A stretch of DNA of 64,000 bases from an uncultured virus (IMG/VR IMGVR_UViG_3300009183_000053) (taxonomy: Duplodnaviria > Heunggongvirae > Uroviricota > Caudoviricetes). Below are positions 42,819 to 53,849 of the stretch, piece by piece. The position numbers and the translations under genes were made by a program. Every line of letters starts with the position of its first letter. The stretch's first letter is position 1. Location of the stretch: the IMG/VR virus record IMGVR_UViG_3300009183_000053; one strand, given 5' to 3'. Under the pieces are notes generated by a model. That model saw only the letters and a list, made by a program, of their open reading frames with translations, did not search any database and was not told the origin of the DNA.

Positions 42819-44510
42819 TTAAGCTGCGCCAACGATTGTTACGAAGTCAACACCAGTACCAACAGCAATAAAGTTCAACTGAATGTAATTTACTGAACGT
42901 GCGGGTTTAAGGTAGATATCTCCAACGAATTGGTTGCTATCAATAACTTGTTGTGTGTTGTTTGTTGAATCACAAACAACTCTAAAGTCTGTCAAACCAC
43001 GGCGTCCTTGAATGTCACGTAAGAATGGTGATACTAAAGCAATAAATTGTGCTCTTGTAAATTCATCATTCAATTCAAACATTGAGAACTTGGCAGCTTG
43101 TGCAATTGCTTTTTCAAGTGTAATAAACAAACGGCGAACATTGATACGGTCGAATGCTGATGGTTTGTTTAACAATGTTTTGTCACCAAACAATACTGTG
43201 CCTTGACCTGGGAATGATACAACTGGATTAACACCCGCTGCATACAATGTATCACGGAATGACTTGTTTGGATTCCATGCCAATTTGATAGAGTTCTTAA
43301 TTGCACCACGGTTGAAACCAGCTGGTGAGAACCATGGGTCACGAATGTTATCTGTGTATACGCACAATCCAGCAATATCACCGTTTAATGGTATCCAACG
43401 ATATGTATTGTTGTATTTGTCGAATTGATATTTCCATCCAGAATCAGCAACAACATAAGAAGAACTTCTTGATAGTGTTGTTAACCAATCTTGTATATTA
43501 GTTGTTTCGTTGCCTGCTTTATTAACTACGTCTGCATATCTTGGAGATATAAAAGCCACACAGTCTGCACGACCAACAGCAATGTTATCAATAACATATT
43601 GTTGAACTGTAATTGAATGTCCGCCTGTTAGTACCAATGCAACGTCAATAGATTCTTTGTTAGCAAACAAATCGTAAGCTAGTTGTAAGTTTCCATCAGT
43701 AGGTGCAACAGAAGAACCCGTAGCTAAATTAATTACTTGGTTGGTTGCTGGATTTGCAAAAGTTCTACCTGCTGCACTTTGACCCCATGTAGCACTTGTT
43801 GTTGCATAATTAACAGGATCCATTGCATAAACATACTTTGAGTTATTAAAAATAACTTGTTTGTAGTAGTTTGTGACACCGTTGATAACCGCATCTGATG
43901 CGGCTGAAACGAAACCATATGTTTCTAAGATTGAACCGGCAGAACCTGTAAACAATCCGTCTTGGTCAATAACAACAATGTGCATTTCATCTTTTACACC
44001 ATTAACAGAATCAGCAAAATCTGATGTGCCTGGTGCAGATGTGAAATAATTTTTGTATGCCCATGTGCTATATGTTTGATTGTTTGCACAAACAGCAACA
44101 GTGATAGAGTTTCCTAAAACACCCGGATATCTGGCCGCAAATGGACCATAATTATTGCCGTTGTTGGTATTTAAATAAGTAGACTCGTAAACATCTTCGT
44201 TTTTAATTTGTACATTCAATGTACTACCATCGGTTGCATTGTTTGCTAATGCACCAACCGCACGTACAATACTTAAGTTATTACCATAAGACAGAAAGTT
44301 TGCAGCAGTAAAGAATGATACTGCTGAATCCGAATTAGGTTTACCATATGTGCTTACTAGTGTTATTTCACTATCTATCTGTTTTACCTTGTCTGCCGGA
44401 CCCCATTGAAATGTTCCAGCAAATGCACCAGCGGTCTGTTGAACTGCGGGTACAACTGTTGTTGCGTCCACCTCAGCTACATTTACGCCTGGAGAGATTT
44501 GAAATGCCAT
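42819..44510 (-). CDS. gp18: Tail sheath protein
   Basis: SPGV, PWFSPAGFNRG and FDRINVRRLF. Confidence 0.96.
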   Translation of the reverse strand: MAFQISPGVNVAEVDATTVVPAVQQTAGAFAGTFQWGPADKVKQIDSEITLVSTYGKPNSDSAVSFFTAANFLSYGNNLSIVRAVGALANNATDGSTLNVQIKNEDVYESTYLNTNNGNNYGPFAARYPGVLGNSITVAVCANNQTYSTWAYKNYFTSAPGTSDFADSVNGVKDEMHIVVIDQDGLFTGSAGSILETYGFVSAASDAVINGVTNYYKQVIFNNSKYVYAMDPVNYATTSATWGQSAAGRTFANPATNQVINLATGSSVAPTDGNLQLAYDLFANKESIDVALVLTGGHSITVQQYVIDNIAVGRADCVAFISPRYADVVNKAGNETTNIQDWLTTLSRSSSYVVADSGWKYQFDKYNNTYRWIPLNGDIAGLCVYTDNIRDPWFSPAGFNRGAIKNSIKLAWNPNKSFRDTLYAAGVNPVVSFPGQGTVLFGDKTLLNKPSAFDRINVRRLFITLEKAIAQAAKFSMFELNDEFTRAQFIALVSPFLRDIQGRRGLTDFRVVCDSTNNTQQVIDSNQFVGDIYLKPARSVNYIQLNFIAVGTGVDFVTIVGAA

Positions 44511-44577
44511 TTTATTCTCCTTGAATTATTATGTTCTTTTGGCAAAATACCATAAGAGTATTTATGAAAGGCTGGTT

Positions 44578-46275
44578 TTATAACCTTTCCAATCTGTTTC
44601 TCATAAACTTTGCATACGTTTCTCCACCGTCTGCAACTTCCCACATGTCACCACCCATAATCTCAAAATCATGTTCCAAACCATCTTCGATGATTGGAGC
44701 TGGCAAAACGTCATCATCCATTTGATTCATATTTTCCAACTGAATCTGTTTACGTATGTCGTGGTTAACAATCTCTTTAAAATATTGTTGGGTTGTTACC
44801 CAAGAAAACATGACCAGAGACATGACCATATCGTCATTTGCACCATCTTCTGCACTAAAGGAATTCTTTTGCTGAATAAAAGTGGTCAACTCGGAGTATG
44901 TATCAAAATCTTGAATCAACAATTTGTCACCTTCAATCAAAGTCTTAAGGTTTGAACAACCAATTGCCTTGACCTGAGGAGACATTTTTAATCCCATTTG
45001 AACACCACGGGCAAATCCAGCCGACAATTGTTGCGGTTTCTTATTGCCTGTAAATATCTTCCAAAGATTCTCATACTCAAAATCTGAATGTAATGAGTCT
45101 GCTACCTGAGGATTGTTATTAATTTCCACCAAAACATAAGCATCGTTATAATATCTCGCTGCATTATAGATGACTGTTGGAAATAATATAGGTGTAATTG
45201 ATGAACTCTTATAGGTTGCCACTTGTTTATATGGTGTCTGTGAGATATCAATTACAGAGAAGGCCGAACTATCAAGATTTCTACCTTCTGAAACATCAAC
45301 CGTGATTGCATATAGGTGGTCGGATTTAGATTCATTTACACCTTCTTTAACCGGATGTTCATATATTTTTAACAAGTCGTGATTCGCAATTGGGTCGGTA
45401 TATACCAACTGTTGCAGTTTGTAACCAGAAACCAAAGTGTTTGAGGAACCTAAAAACTCAGTCTCAAACTCTTGTGAGAATTGTCGTTGAGAAGTGTTGC
45501 GAATTGTTTCTTCTTTCCATTTTTCATCTCGACCAGGTACTTGTGACCAATGTATTTCAAAATTAATATAATTATTCTTCTTATTGATTGAGTCCATCCA
45601 TAACTTGTAAAATAGATTCATACCATTAGGTGTAGACACAATAATAATCTTTGTCTTTTTACCTGATGAAATTACAGGGTAAACAGAGTTGAAGAATTCT
45701 TCCGCAATATTGTTTGGTACGAAAGCAAATTCATCCAAGAATACAATGTTAAAAGAACCTCCACGAATTGCAGATGATGAAGTGGATGCAGCAACAATTT
45801 TGGAACCATTTTCAAGTTCTACGTTACCTTTGTTCCATGTAACGATACCTTGTTGTAACCACATTGGTAAATTTTCATATGCAAGTTGGTATTTGGACAA
45901 AATATCACGAGCCAAAGCACCCTTGTTTGCTAGAACTGCACAGTTTTGTTGGTCGGTAAATATGGTTGCCCATAACATATACGCTACCGTGGTTGTAGTT
46001 TTACCAACCTGTCGAGGACATTTAGTGATAACGAACCGGTTGTCTTTGAAAAGTTTTAACATCTTTTCTTGGAATGGCCACATCTTAAAGTTGATTAGAC
46101 CTTCATCAACGTTAACAATCTTGATATAATTTTTTGAAAAATAAACAGGGTCTTTAGCACATTTTATATATTCATCAACTTGTTCCTGTGTATACTCTAC
46201 CTTAACACCGGCCTTTTTAAGTAATGGATTATCTCGGTATGCTTCACCAAATTTTAAATCGACATTATCAATCAT
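44578..46275 (-). CDS. gp17: Terminase large subunit
   Basis: PRQVGKTT, FLDEFAF, STPNG and DDMVM. Confidence 0.96.
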   Translation of the reverse strand: MIDNVDLKFGEAYRDNPLLKKAGVKVEYTQEQVDEYIKCAKDPVYFSKNYIKIVNVDEGLINFKMWPFQEKMLKLFKDNRFVITKCPRQVGKTTTTVAYMLWATIFTDQQNCAVLANKGALARDILSKYQLAYENLPMWLQQGIVTWNKGNVELENGSKIVAASTSSSAIRGGSFNIVFLDEFAFVPNNIAEEFFNSVYPVISSGKKTKIIIVSTPNGMNLFYKLWMDSINKKNNYINFEIHWSQVPGRDEKWKEETIRNTSQRQFSQEFETEFLGSSNTLVSGYKLQQLVYTDPIANHDLLKIYEHPVKEGVNESKSDHLYAITVDVSEGRNLDSSAFSVIDISQTPYKQVATYKSSSITPILFPTVIYNAARYYNDAYVLVEINNNPQVADSLHSDFEYENLWKIFTGNKKPQQLSAGFARGVQMGLKMSPQVKAIGCSNLKTLIEGDKLLIQDFDTYSELTTFIQQKNSFSAEDGANDDMVMSLVMFSWVTTQQYFKEIVNHDIRKQIQLENMNQMDDDVLPAPIIEDGLEHDFEIMGGDMWEVADGGETYAKFMRNRLERL

Positions 46276-46685
46276 TCTTTACTTTTTAAAAGTTTATTTA
46301 ATTCAGCGGTTGAACCAACGAAAATGGCTTTATCAATTTTGGTATCACCTTCTTTTTGTTTACCATCCATTGTACGCATTTGTTTTTGTACCGCCAGAAG
46401 TTCTTTGTTCGCATCAACAACATTCTTTAGTAGTGTTGCATAGACCTCAAATGCCCGTGGATGTTGTCCCGCAGATGCAATGTTTCGTAGTTCTTCCATT
46501 GCATCTTTGCCATTATCAATCAACTCTTGTAGATTGTCCTTTGTTTGTTCATAGGCATCTTGTAAATCTGTTTTTAAATCTGGACCTTCTTCAGTCTTAG
46601 TAACTACCGGTAACAGAGGTTTTACTTCTTGTTCTACCGGTGTTACATCAAATAATTTTTCCATGTTTTTGTCAAATGTATTCAT
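46272..46685 (-). CDS. gp16: Terminase small subunit
   Basis: HPRAFEV and FVGSTAEL. Confidence 0.92.
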   Translation of the reverse strand: MNTFDKNMEKLFDVTPVEQEVKPLLPVVTKTEEGPDLKTDLQDAYEQTKDNLQELIDNGKDAMEELRNIASAGQHPRAFEVYATLLKNVVDANKELLAVQKQMRTMDGKQKEGDTKIDKAIFVGSTAELNKLLKSKE

Positions 46686-46699
46686 ATTTTTAACTTAGT

Positions 46700-48442
46700 T
46701 TATAATGCTGCGATTCTACTCTTAAAGTCATTGAAGTCGGATGATGCTGCAACCAGTACCTTTAGATTAGCCAAAGGTACAGAAGCACCAACTTGAATTG
46801 TATTGTTTGCGAATTGAATACTTGCAACATTCGCAAAAGATTTTCCACTTAGATCCAAAGCTACATTGCTTGAACCTGAAGAAGGTATAACAATTGTTCC
46901 GTTGCTTGTAAATTCCCATTGTTCATTAAAATAATCAACTGTTTGTTCATTTTCTGGACTAGGATTTTGATAAGTAACAGCATTCATTGTATATGAATAT
47001 GTTGTATTGATAGCAAGCGTTACTGTTGTGTTTCCACTACCAACTGTTGTACTTGTTGTGGTTGCTGCAGATGGTACTTTCACATATGTAAAGTCGCCCC
47101 ATTTGGTTGAACTTGAATATGCATACAGACCAGGTAAAGTTCCGTCTATTGGTAATTCATAGGTAATTGCAATTGCTTTTGTACTGCCATTTGGATACGC
47201 ATATCCAGTACCAACAAGAAAATCACCTTTCACATCCATCTGTCTATGACCAAGTCTAATACTTTGACCTGCACCTGGAACCTGAAGTGAATTTGCCCAA
47301 GCAAGATAACCATTAGATGCAAGCACCTTGTAATTAATGAATCCAGTTTTACTGTTAGGGTCTGTGGTTGTTCCGTTTACATATAGATAATTATTACTAT
47401 ACTTAATCCAATTAATTTTTGGTGATGTTACACCAGTTATTTCTTTTTCCCAAACCAATTGGTTGTTTGCTCTAAACATATAGATGTTTGTATTCGTTGC
47501 AGCATACCAATTGTTTGAAGAATCGTAACTTAGCCCAATGATTGTGTTTCCATATTTGTTAACATTACTTGTTCTAATGTAAACACCTTCTGTATCAAAC
47601 TTATGGACTTGGCCGTTTGCTGAGCCAACTAACAAACCACCACGATTAGGTAAAGCAATAATAACTGATGCGTTTGCCGCAGTGCCTGCATTGTAAAATG
47701 TAAAATACAATTCGCCTGTAATATCGAGGCCTGTAATTAAGTTGTGTTCACCAGTATAATAAGGAAAATCTTCATCATCAACACATATATCTTTAGAACC
47801 AATTGAATCCGTAACTAAAGTGTTCCAAACATTTTGTCCAAGATAATTGAATTTTGTAACACGGGTTGACCTGTCGGAAGGAATGTTTGTCAATAGGTAT
47901 ATGTTGTTATTTCCGTCAACTGTTACAGAGTCACCATAACTTGCTACTAGTGTTCCACTCACGTTGGCCGCAGGAACAGATTTTCTCCAATATATTGAAC
48001 CATATGGATCAAATTTAATAACTGTTGCCTGTGGTAAACCAGTAACTTCATTCTGTGTTGTCATTGATACTACAATATTATTTGCAGAATCAAATGCAAC
48101 ACTGTGGCCATATGCATTGTTGGCTTGTGTATCTATTTGGCCAAACAACATACCCCAAGCTCTACGTTCATTTGGGTCTGTAGCAATTTCAACCTTTGTA
48201 TTACTATACATTGTGGTTTTATCAAATAAAATATCACCCAACGAAGCAGTGTTTGCTTTGTTGAAAGCATTTTGTGCCAACTCTTGGTTGGTTTCATAAT
48301 ACGTATTTGATGTATTGGAACGCAAAGCAACTGTAGTATACAACTCAGTAAAGTTGTTATTTGTTTTAGTAAAAGCCGTTCTTAATGAATCGCCTTTGCC
48401 ATCATTTGCTCTAATACCAATATTGATAGTTTGTTTAGCCAT
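46700..48442 (-). CDS. Virion structural protein with beta-propeller-like region
   Basis: N-terminal INIG..ANDGKGDSLR..F.K.N.NF.ELY attachment motif and C-terminal DFKSRIAAL. Confidence 0.7.
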   Translation of the reverse strand: MAKQTINIGIRANDGKGDSLRTAFTKTNNNFTELYTTVALRSNTSNTYYETNQELAQNAFNKANTASLGDILFDKTTMYSNTKVEIATDPNERRAWGMLFGQIDTQANNAYGHSVAFDSANNIVVSMTTQNEVTGLPQATVIKFDPYGSIYWRKSVPAANVSGTLVASYGDSVTVDGNNNIYLLTNIPSDRSTRVTKFNYLGQNVWNTLVTDSIGSKDICVDDEDFPYYTGEHNLITGLDITGELYFTFYNAGTAANASVIIALPNRGGLLVGSANGQVHKFDTEGVYIRTSNVNKYGNTIIGLSYDSSNNWYAATNTNIYMFRANNQLVWEKEITGVTSPKINWIKYSNNYLYVNGTTTDPNSKTGFINYKVLASNGYLAWANSLQVPGAGQSIRLGHRQMDVKGDFLVGTGYAYPNGSTKAIAITYELPIDGTLPGLYAYSSSTKWGDFTYVKVPSAATTTSTTVGSGNTTVTLAINTTYSYTMNAVTYQNPSPENEQTVDYFNEQWEFTSNGTIVIPSSGSSNVALDLSGKSFANVASIQFANNTIQVGASVPLANLKVLVAASSDFNDFKSRIAAL

Positions 48443-48460
48443 TTATTTCTCTCGTTTTGT

Positions 48461-49477
48461 TTACTGATTTGCAGCTTTATTGATTGTAGTAACTTCAGCC
48501 AATGTGTTATCAGCCTTAGCGTCTTCTTTATCAACTGACATATAGTCAATATCTGTACTAACTCTACCAATCGAATCGACTTCAACGAATTTCAATGGGT
48601 TCAAGTTGTATGATGTAAAGTTATAATTTGCCAATGTGTTAATTCCGTATATAGGTTTGTCTGACACGAAGTTTCCTGTTAGTTCTTTTAGTCTCAATAC
48701 ATTATCTGTAAATTGAACAACCATGCCTGTTGCTGTTGCATCATCTGAGGTGTAACCTTGATATACTTTTTCACCCACTTTATATGTTCCGTAACCGGAA
48801 TCTAAGTTCATGTAAAATTCAATTACTTCTTCTTGTGACACTAGGTTGTATACAGAAACAAAGGCACGATTGATAACACTAGTCTCTGTAACCTTACCGA
48901 ATATAAAACCTTTGACTGTAAAGTTTAATGTCCAAACAATCATTCTAGTTTCATTATCTCTACCACCCTCATAAGTAATTTCATGTTGTGTGGAGTTTAA
49001 AATAACAGGAACTTCTTTGATAATTCCCATCTCAGGAATAAGGTTTAATTTAATCGTATAATCTGGTGTGAAGAATGGTAAAATGTGTTCAATGATTTGT
49101 GTACCATCTTCTATGTTACGTACATAGATGTAAAGATTAAAATCAAAATTGTATGGTACTGGATTGTATTGCGAAAGTATTCCTGTGGGTGGAGTTCCCG
49201 AAAAGTTTTTAATGTTTGTGTTTTGTTTTCTACTTGAATCGTATGATAATCCGGCCATCTCAAATGACATACGTGGTAAAGTCAATTGAACTTTTTTATC
49301 TAGGTTTAAATCTTCCTCAAGGCGCATGACATAACGTTCTTTACTTGCATACGCAATAGGAACAATAAATCTTTCTGATTCGGTATTGTCTGGTTTAAAT
49401 CTATACAAAGTAATGCTATCAAATAGATTACCAAATCCTACAACCAGTTTTCTTATGACACGATTATATGTTGACAT
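48461..49477 (-). CDS. gp15: Tail sheath stabiliser / terminator
   Basis: VPIAYA, LPRMSFE and QIIEHILPFF. Confidence 0.92.
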   Translation of the reverse strand: MSTYNRVIRKLVVGFGNLFDSITLYRFKPDNTESERFIVPIAYASKERYVMRLEEDLNLDKKVQLTLPRMSFEMAGLSYDSSRKQNTNIKNFSGTPPTGILSQYNPVPYNFDFNLYIYVRNIEDGTQIIEHILPFFTPDYTIKLNLIPEMGIIKEVPVILNSTQHEITYEGGRDNETRMIVWTLNFTVKGFIFGKVTETSVINRAFVSVYNLVSQEEVIEFYMNLDSGYGTYKVGEKVYQGYTSDDATATGMVVQFTDNVLRLKELTGNFVSDKPIYGINTLANYNFTSYNLNPLKFVEVDSIGRVSTDIDYMSVDKEDAKADNTLAEVTTINKAANQ

Positions 49478-50358
49478 TAAATTTTTCCAAACGGATTGGT
49501 TTCGGTGAAGTCAATAATATTATTGGCAGTATCAAAGAAGTAAGAATTGTCATAACTTTCATTTTTTGTACTATCTTTTAATGGATCATAAGATGCCAAA
49601 TAGTATCTTGCATTACTTGTTGCACCAATGATTGCAACGTTGTCACGGAATTCGCCTGCAATATTTGTGACCTTTAGTGAGTCATCTGGTTTGATCCATT
49701 CTTGTACTAAAGCCACAACCCATGCATTTGCTTGTGTATTATCTGTAGACTGAAATACAACTTCTCTAGCTTCATATGTTCCAGTACCAGTACCAGTAGT
49801 CAAGTCTAGTGTGTAACTTGATTGAATCATTACATCATCAATGTCTTCCACACCAGTGTCGATAACTTCTTGTGAGTACTTGAATTTCTCTAGTTCCAAT
49901 TCATAGAAGAATGGTATCTTACGTCCCAACATGAAGAAGTCTTTTGTTTGGTTTGTAAATTTAATTTCAAACAACTCACCAGTACCATTTAAGAACGGTA
50001 CATAAATCAAATCACCTTCTCTTGGTCTTGTGAATATATCTTGCGGTACACGTTGAGAGAAAGAACGTTTTGATAATATGATGTTGACAGTGTTCTTAAT
50101 TTCAAGGCCAAATTTAGAAAAGAATTCTTTTTCACCACCATATTCCATAGAACTTGACAGGTAGAATTCAATTGGAAAGGCCGCACTGAATCTTTTAATT
50201 GGATCTTCACCGTATAAAATGTCTCTATCGGTTTCATTTTCAATAGGTAAATAGTAGGCATCAAAACCCATAATCTTGATTGACTCAACAATCAAGTCTT
50301 CAACTACCCTTTGCTCAGCAAGAGAGTTATAGTTATTGAAATAAACCGAGGTTGCCAT
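49477..50358 (-). CDS. gp14: Neck protein
   Basis: LIVESIK, SKFGL, PREGDLIY and NPFG. Confidence 0.92.
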   Translation of the reverse strand: MATSVYFNNYNSLAEQRVVEDLIVESIKIMGFDAYYLPIENETDRDILYGEDPIKRFSAAFPIEFYLSSSMEYGGEKEFFSKFGLEIKNTVNIILSKRSFSQRVPQDIFTRPREGDLIYVPFLNGTGELFEIKFTNQTKDFFMLGRKIPFFYELELEKFKYSQEVIDTGVEDIDDVMIQSSYTLDLTTGTGTGTYEAREVVFQSTDNTQANAWVVALVQEWIKPDDSLKVTNIAGEFRDNVAIIGATSNARYYLASYDPLKDSTKNESYDNSYFFDTANNIIDFTETNPFGKI

Positions 50359-50359
50359 A

Positions 50360-51136
50360 TTAGTTCATGAACATTTCTAGTGGTGCACCGTACTTGTCGC
50401 CAATTTCTGCGTGTAGTGCATCAATTTCTTCTTTGGCTTCACTATAGATTTTGTCACCATTTAACTTGACGCCACCTGGCAATTGAATGCCTTCGAACTT
50501 TTTAAGGTTGTTACCCCAAGAACGTTTGATAAGTGCTGTTGCATATTCTTTTAACCAACGGTCATTCCATGCCTGTGTGTACACATCAGGATCAATCACT
50601 GCATAACATTCGGCAATAACAGTTGTACCAACTGGTGCTTCTCCGTGGCCCCAACCCCAGTCAATGTATAGTCTTTGCATGTGTCTTTGGAACCTAATAG
50701 GAACTTCACCAGAGAACAGTTGTTCCAACATACGCAGATGTTGTAGTGTCATGGTGTAGTTGATGTAGGATGCAGAGGTGAAGTCATACAACTCATTCAG
50801 ACGTAGTTGGTATCTCAAGTCAAACATATTGACCTGTGATTGTGAATCAGAAACGGGAAATATTCTGGTGATACCAGCAATTTGTAGTACGTTGTTTGAT
50901 GAATCTTTGGCCTGAGAAATGTTCAAGTATCTATTGTTGATATCTGTTTGGTCTATTTTTTTTATGTAATAGACTTTTTGCAGACCATCAAAATGATAGT
51001 CTTGCCAATATTGAAGTGCATCATCAATACGGTCTTCTACCTGGTCGTCATCAACGTTGATTTCGATTACTGGAAACCCTAGTCTACGCAGGCAATAATC
51101 TTTGAATGCCGTTCTTGTTGTGATAGTTTTTGCCAT
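50360..51136 (-). CDS. gp13: Neck protein
   Basis: YCLRRLGFPVIEINV and QLPGGV. Confidence 0.94.
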   Translation of the reverse strand: MAKTITTRTAFKDYCLRRLGFPVIEINVDDDQVEDRIDDALQYWQDYHFDGLQKVYYIKKIDQTDINNRYLNISQAKDSSNNVLQIAGITRIFPVSDSQSQVNMFDLRYQLRLNELYDFTSASYINYTMTLQHLRMLEQLFSGEVPIRFQRHMQRLYIDWGWGHGEAPVGTTVIAECYAVIDPDVYTQAWNDRWLKEYATALIKRSWGNNLKKFEGIQLPGGVKLNGDKIYSEAKEEIDALHAEIGDKYGAPLEMFMN

Positions 51137-51181
51137 TATATCCCCCTATAAGGATATTTATGCTTCAGGTTTCCACCCAAA

Positions 51182-53476
51182 TTACATCCAATATTCTCTT
51201 TGTGCGATTTCTCCGAAGACTTTGATAATATCAGAGTCTATTCTGCCATTAAAACTGTTTGTCATTGTCGTATATGATTTGCTTGCGGCGTTTTGCATAC
51301 CATTGGTAGCTACCAATAACAGATTTGCATCAGAAACTATATTTGAGGTGACTACACTTTGATTGATATTCATCTGGCCAGAAACTGTGTATATATTTGC
51401 ATCAGAAACTATGTTTGAAGTAACAAGACTTTGAATCACATTCATTTGTCCTGCAATTGGATTAGTATAGTTGGCCGTATTTGATGTAGTCCCAATCAAT
51501 ATAGTTTCTGTAATTATTGATACAGCGTATGATATTAAGGTATTTGTTGTATATCCATTTGCAGAAATAACCAAATTGGCCGAAACAATATTTGGATTGG
51601 TGTTTATTGTTAGTGTGCCGGTATTACTGGTTATTGTAAAATTACCAGTCAATGAACCACCATTAATTTGTGCAGACGTTACACCACTAATGGTGTAAGG
51701 AACTGTTACACTATTTGCAATACCGGATGTTCTTAGTGTAGCTGTTATTGAATTGCCTGAGTTGATACTACCAGATGAATCACTCAAATATAATCCGGGG
51801 TCTGTTGGTATACCAGTATAAACTTTAAGAATAACAATACCAGAACCACCATCACCACCCAAGTATGTGTTTGGTGAACCACCACCACCGCCACCTGTAT
51901 TAACAACACCTGCACCAGCGTTAGCGCCATTGTATCCACCTATACCACCGCCACCTAGGCCGCCAGCGCCACCAGTTCCACCATTAGCATATGAACCACC
52001 ACCGCCACCACCGCCAGCAATGTATCTTACTCCGCCTGATAATTCACCAGCACTTACTACCGCCAATAATGTTGAATTGTTACTTGCACCAACACCGCCA
52101 GCACTTCCTGATGTACCTGATGCCGCAATACCTGCGCCACCTGCACCGCCACCGCCACCAGAACCTGTACTGATGGTAGCACCTGTGCCACCAGCAGTTC
52201 CATAATATATACTGCCTGCTGGGTTTACACCGGAACTGGATTGATTAGTGCTACCACCAGCAGCACCATTGTAACCACCGCCACCGCCAGAACCACCCGT
52301 GCCACCTGTTGTGTACCAACCACCACCTCCGCCACCTTTTGCAATAATAGTATTAGCACCAAAGATAGAATCACTACCTGTTCCACCAGTTATTGCGGAA
52401 CCTGCTGTGGCCACTTTGGCACCACCTGCACCAACTGTAATTGCATATGTGGCCGCAGATATTGAAAATGACGGATGATAATTTACACCACCTGCACCTC
52501 CACCACCTGAAGGGACAGCATTACCGCCATAAGCACCAACACCACCACCGCCACCAGCAACTGTTAGAACCTCAATAGGTGCGCCAGAATTACCAAAAGT
52601 TATGCCACCTGAATTTGCGAATTTATAGTATGTGTATGATCCTGACCTTATTACAGTTGGTGAACCTGTTGTTCCGGTTACTATAACTGCGTCAAATGTT
52701 GTGGTTGCACTCCATGAATATGTACCGGAATATACACCAGCAGTAGATACACCTGTTGTTACATACGTAGTTGCATTAACTGTTTGTGATTTTAAAACGC
52801 TGGTTTCTGTCCCAACAGTCGCACATGTGGTATTAAAGACAGAATCAATTGTTAAAGCGCCGGTGCCACCGCTATAACTAGCTCCGGCTGCGGCGCCGTT
52901 ATAAAATGTACAGTTTCTTATTGCAAAGTTTGCCGCACCATAGTTGTCGTATTGGTAAGTCCAAGCATTATTTGCGTTTGTTTCTGAGAATACACAATTA
53001 TAGAAGTTACCTTTTAATGCACCATCATAACTTCTGAAATATGCTACTGTGTAACTTGTTGTTCTGCCGTTATTATTTCTTTTTAGAATGGCACCATAAA
53101 CCGCACTACCGGCATTAGTAAATTGTGCCATCGAGCAATCACGGTCAGCCGTACTGGCAGTCCATTGAATGATTGTTCTACCTGGACAACAAACAAAAAC
53201 TCTTTTATTTCCACCATCTCGTAATACACCTGAATTGCTACCTGATACAGATAAAGCCGTCATTGTATATGTGCCTTGCAGCACAACAAACATCACGTTT
53301 GCGGTAGCACTTGTCTGACTGTATGCATAATCAATAGTCAAATATGGAGTTGATACTGAACTTCCATCATTTGAATTACTTCCTGTGCTAGCAACATATT
53401 TTACCGTGCCAACGAAGTCGCTGACTAGGGTAGAATATGTGTCTGGAAAATTATATGAGGCTAATTGATTTGCCAT
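51182..53476 (-). CDS. Glycine-rich virion appendage/adhesin protein
   Basis: YVASTGSNSNDG...PYLTI motif and Gly-rich domain ending GGSGIVI. Confidence 0.75.
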   Translation of the reverse strand: MANQLASYNFPDTYSTLVSDFVGTVKYVASTGSNSNDGSSVSTPYLTIDYAYSQTSATANVMFVVLQGTYTMTALSVSGSNSGVLRDGGNKRVFVCCPGRTIIQWTASTADRDCSMAQFTNAGSAVYGAILKRNNNGRTTSYTVAYFRSYDGALKGNFYNCVFSETNANNAWTYQYDNYGAANFAIRNCTFYNGAAAGASYSGGTGALTIDSVFNTTCATVGTETSVLKSQTVNATTYVTTGVSTAGVYSGTYSWSATTTFDAVIVTGTTGSPTVIRSGSYTYYKFANSGGITFGNSGAPIEVLTVAGGGGGVGAYGGNAVPSGGGGAGGVNYHPSFSISAATYAITVGAGGAKVATAGSAITGGTGSDSIFGANTIIAKGGGGGGWYTTGGTGGSGGGGGYNGAAGGSTNQSSSGVNPAGSIYYGTAGGTGATISTGSGGGGGAGGAGIAASGTSGSAGGVGASNNSTLLAVVSAGELSGGVRYIAGGGGGGGSYANGGTGGAGGLGGGGIGGYNGANAGAGVVNTGGGGGGSPNTYLGGDGGSGIVILKVYTGIPTDPGLYLSDSSGSINSGNSITATLRTSGIANSVTVPYTISGVTSAQINGGSLTGNFTITSNTGTLTINTNPNIVSANLVISANGYTTNTLISYAVSIITETILIGTTSNTANYTNPIAGQMNVIQSLVTSNIVSDANIYTVSGQMNINQSVVTSNIVSDANLLLVATNGMQNAASKSYTTMTNSFNGRIDSDIIKVFGEIAQREYWM

Positions 53477-53478
53477 GA

Positions 53479-53847
53479 TTATCCCGTAACAACCAGTTTG
53501 GCAATATCAAAAATTTCTGGAACATTTATGCCTTTTGGAATCATATCTTCGTCAATGATATCATCCACACCATCACCGTTTCTTAGTGCGTGTATGCAAT
53601 AGGCCATGGTATTATCTTCTAACGCAGTTAATTCATGCATATAATCTTTATGAATAAAAATCATTTGTGGTGCAGTAAATTCGGATATACCAAGTTCAGT
53701 TTCTACTTTTAATTTACCTGAAGATAAAAATGTAATGTGATTGAAAGGATGTTTGTGACCCAATTCAGTGTCGCCTACCTTTTCAAATTTCATTTCTCTA
53801 GTATAGAGATTTGCAACACATGCAATTTTTATCTTGGGTTGTGCCAT
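53479..53847 (-). CDS. Cupin-fold protein
   Basis: HKHPFNH...HELTALED...CIH. Confidence 0.75.
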   Translation of the reverse strand: MAQPKIKIACVANLYTREMKFEKVGDTELGHKHPFNHITFLSSGKLKVETELGISEFTAPQMIFIHKDYMHELTALEDNTMAYCIHALRNGDGVDDIIDEDMIPKGINVPEIFDIAKLVVTG

Positions 53848-53849
53848 TG

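Noticed and set aside
8762..46275. Introns, inteins or stop-codon recoding in core genes
   Set aside because: gp43, gp41, gp17, gp20 and gp23 are continuous with normal lengths in the standard code, and no suppressor tRNA was seen.
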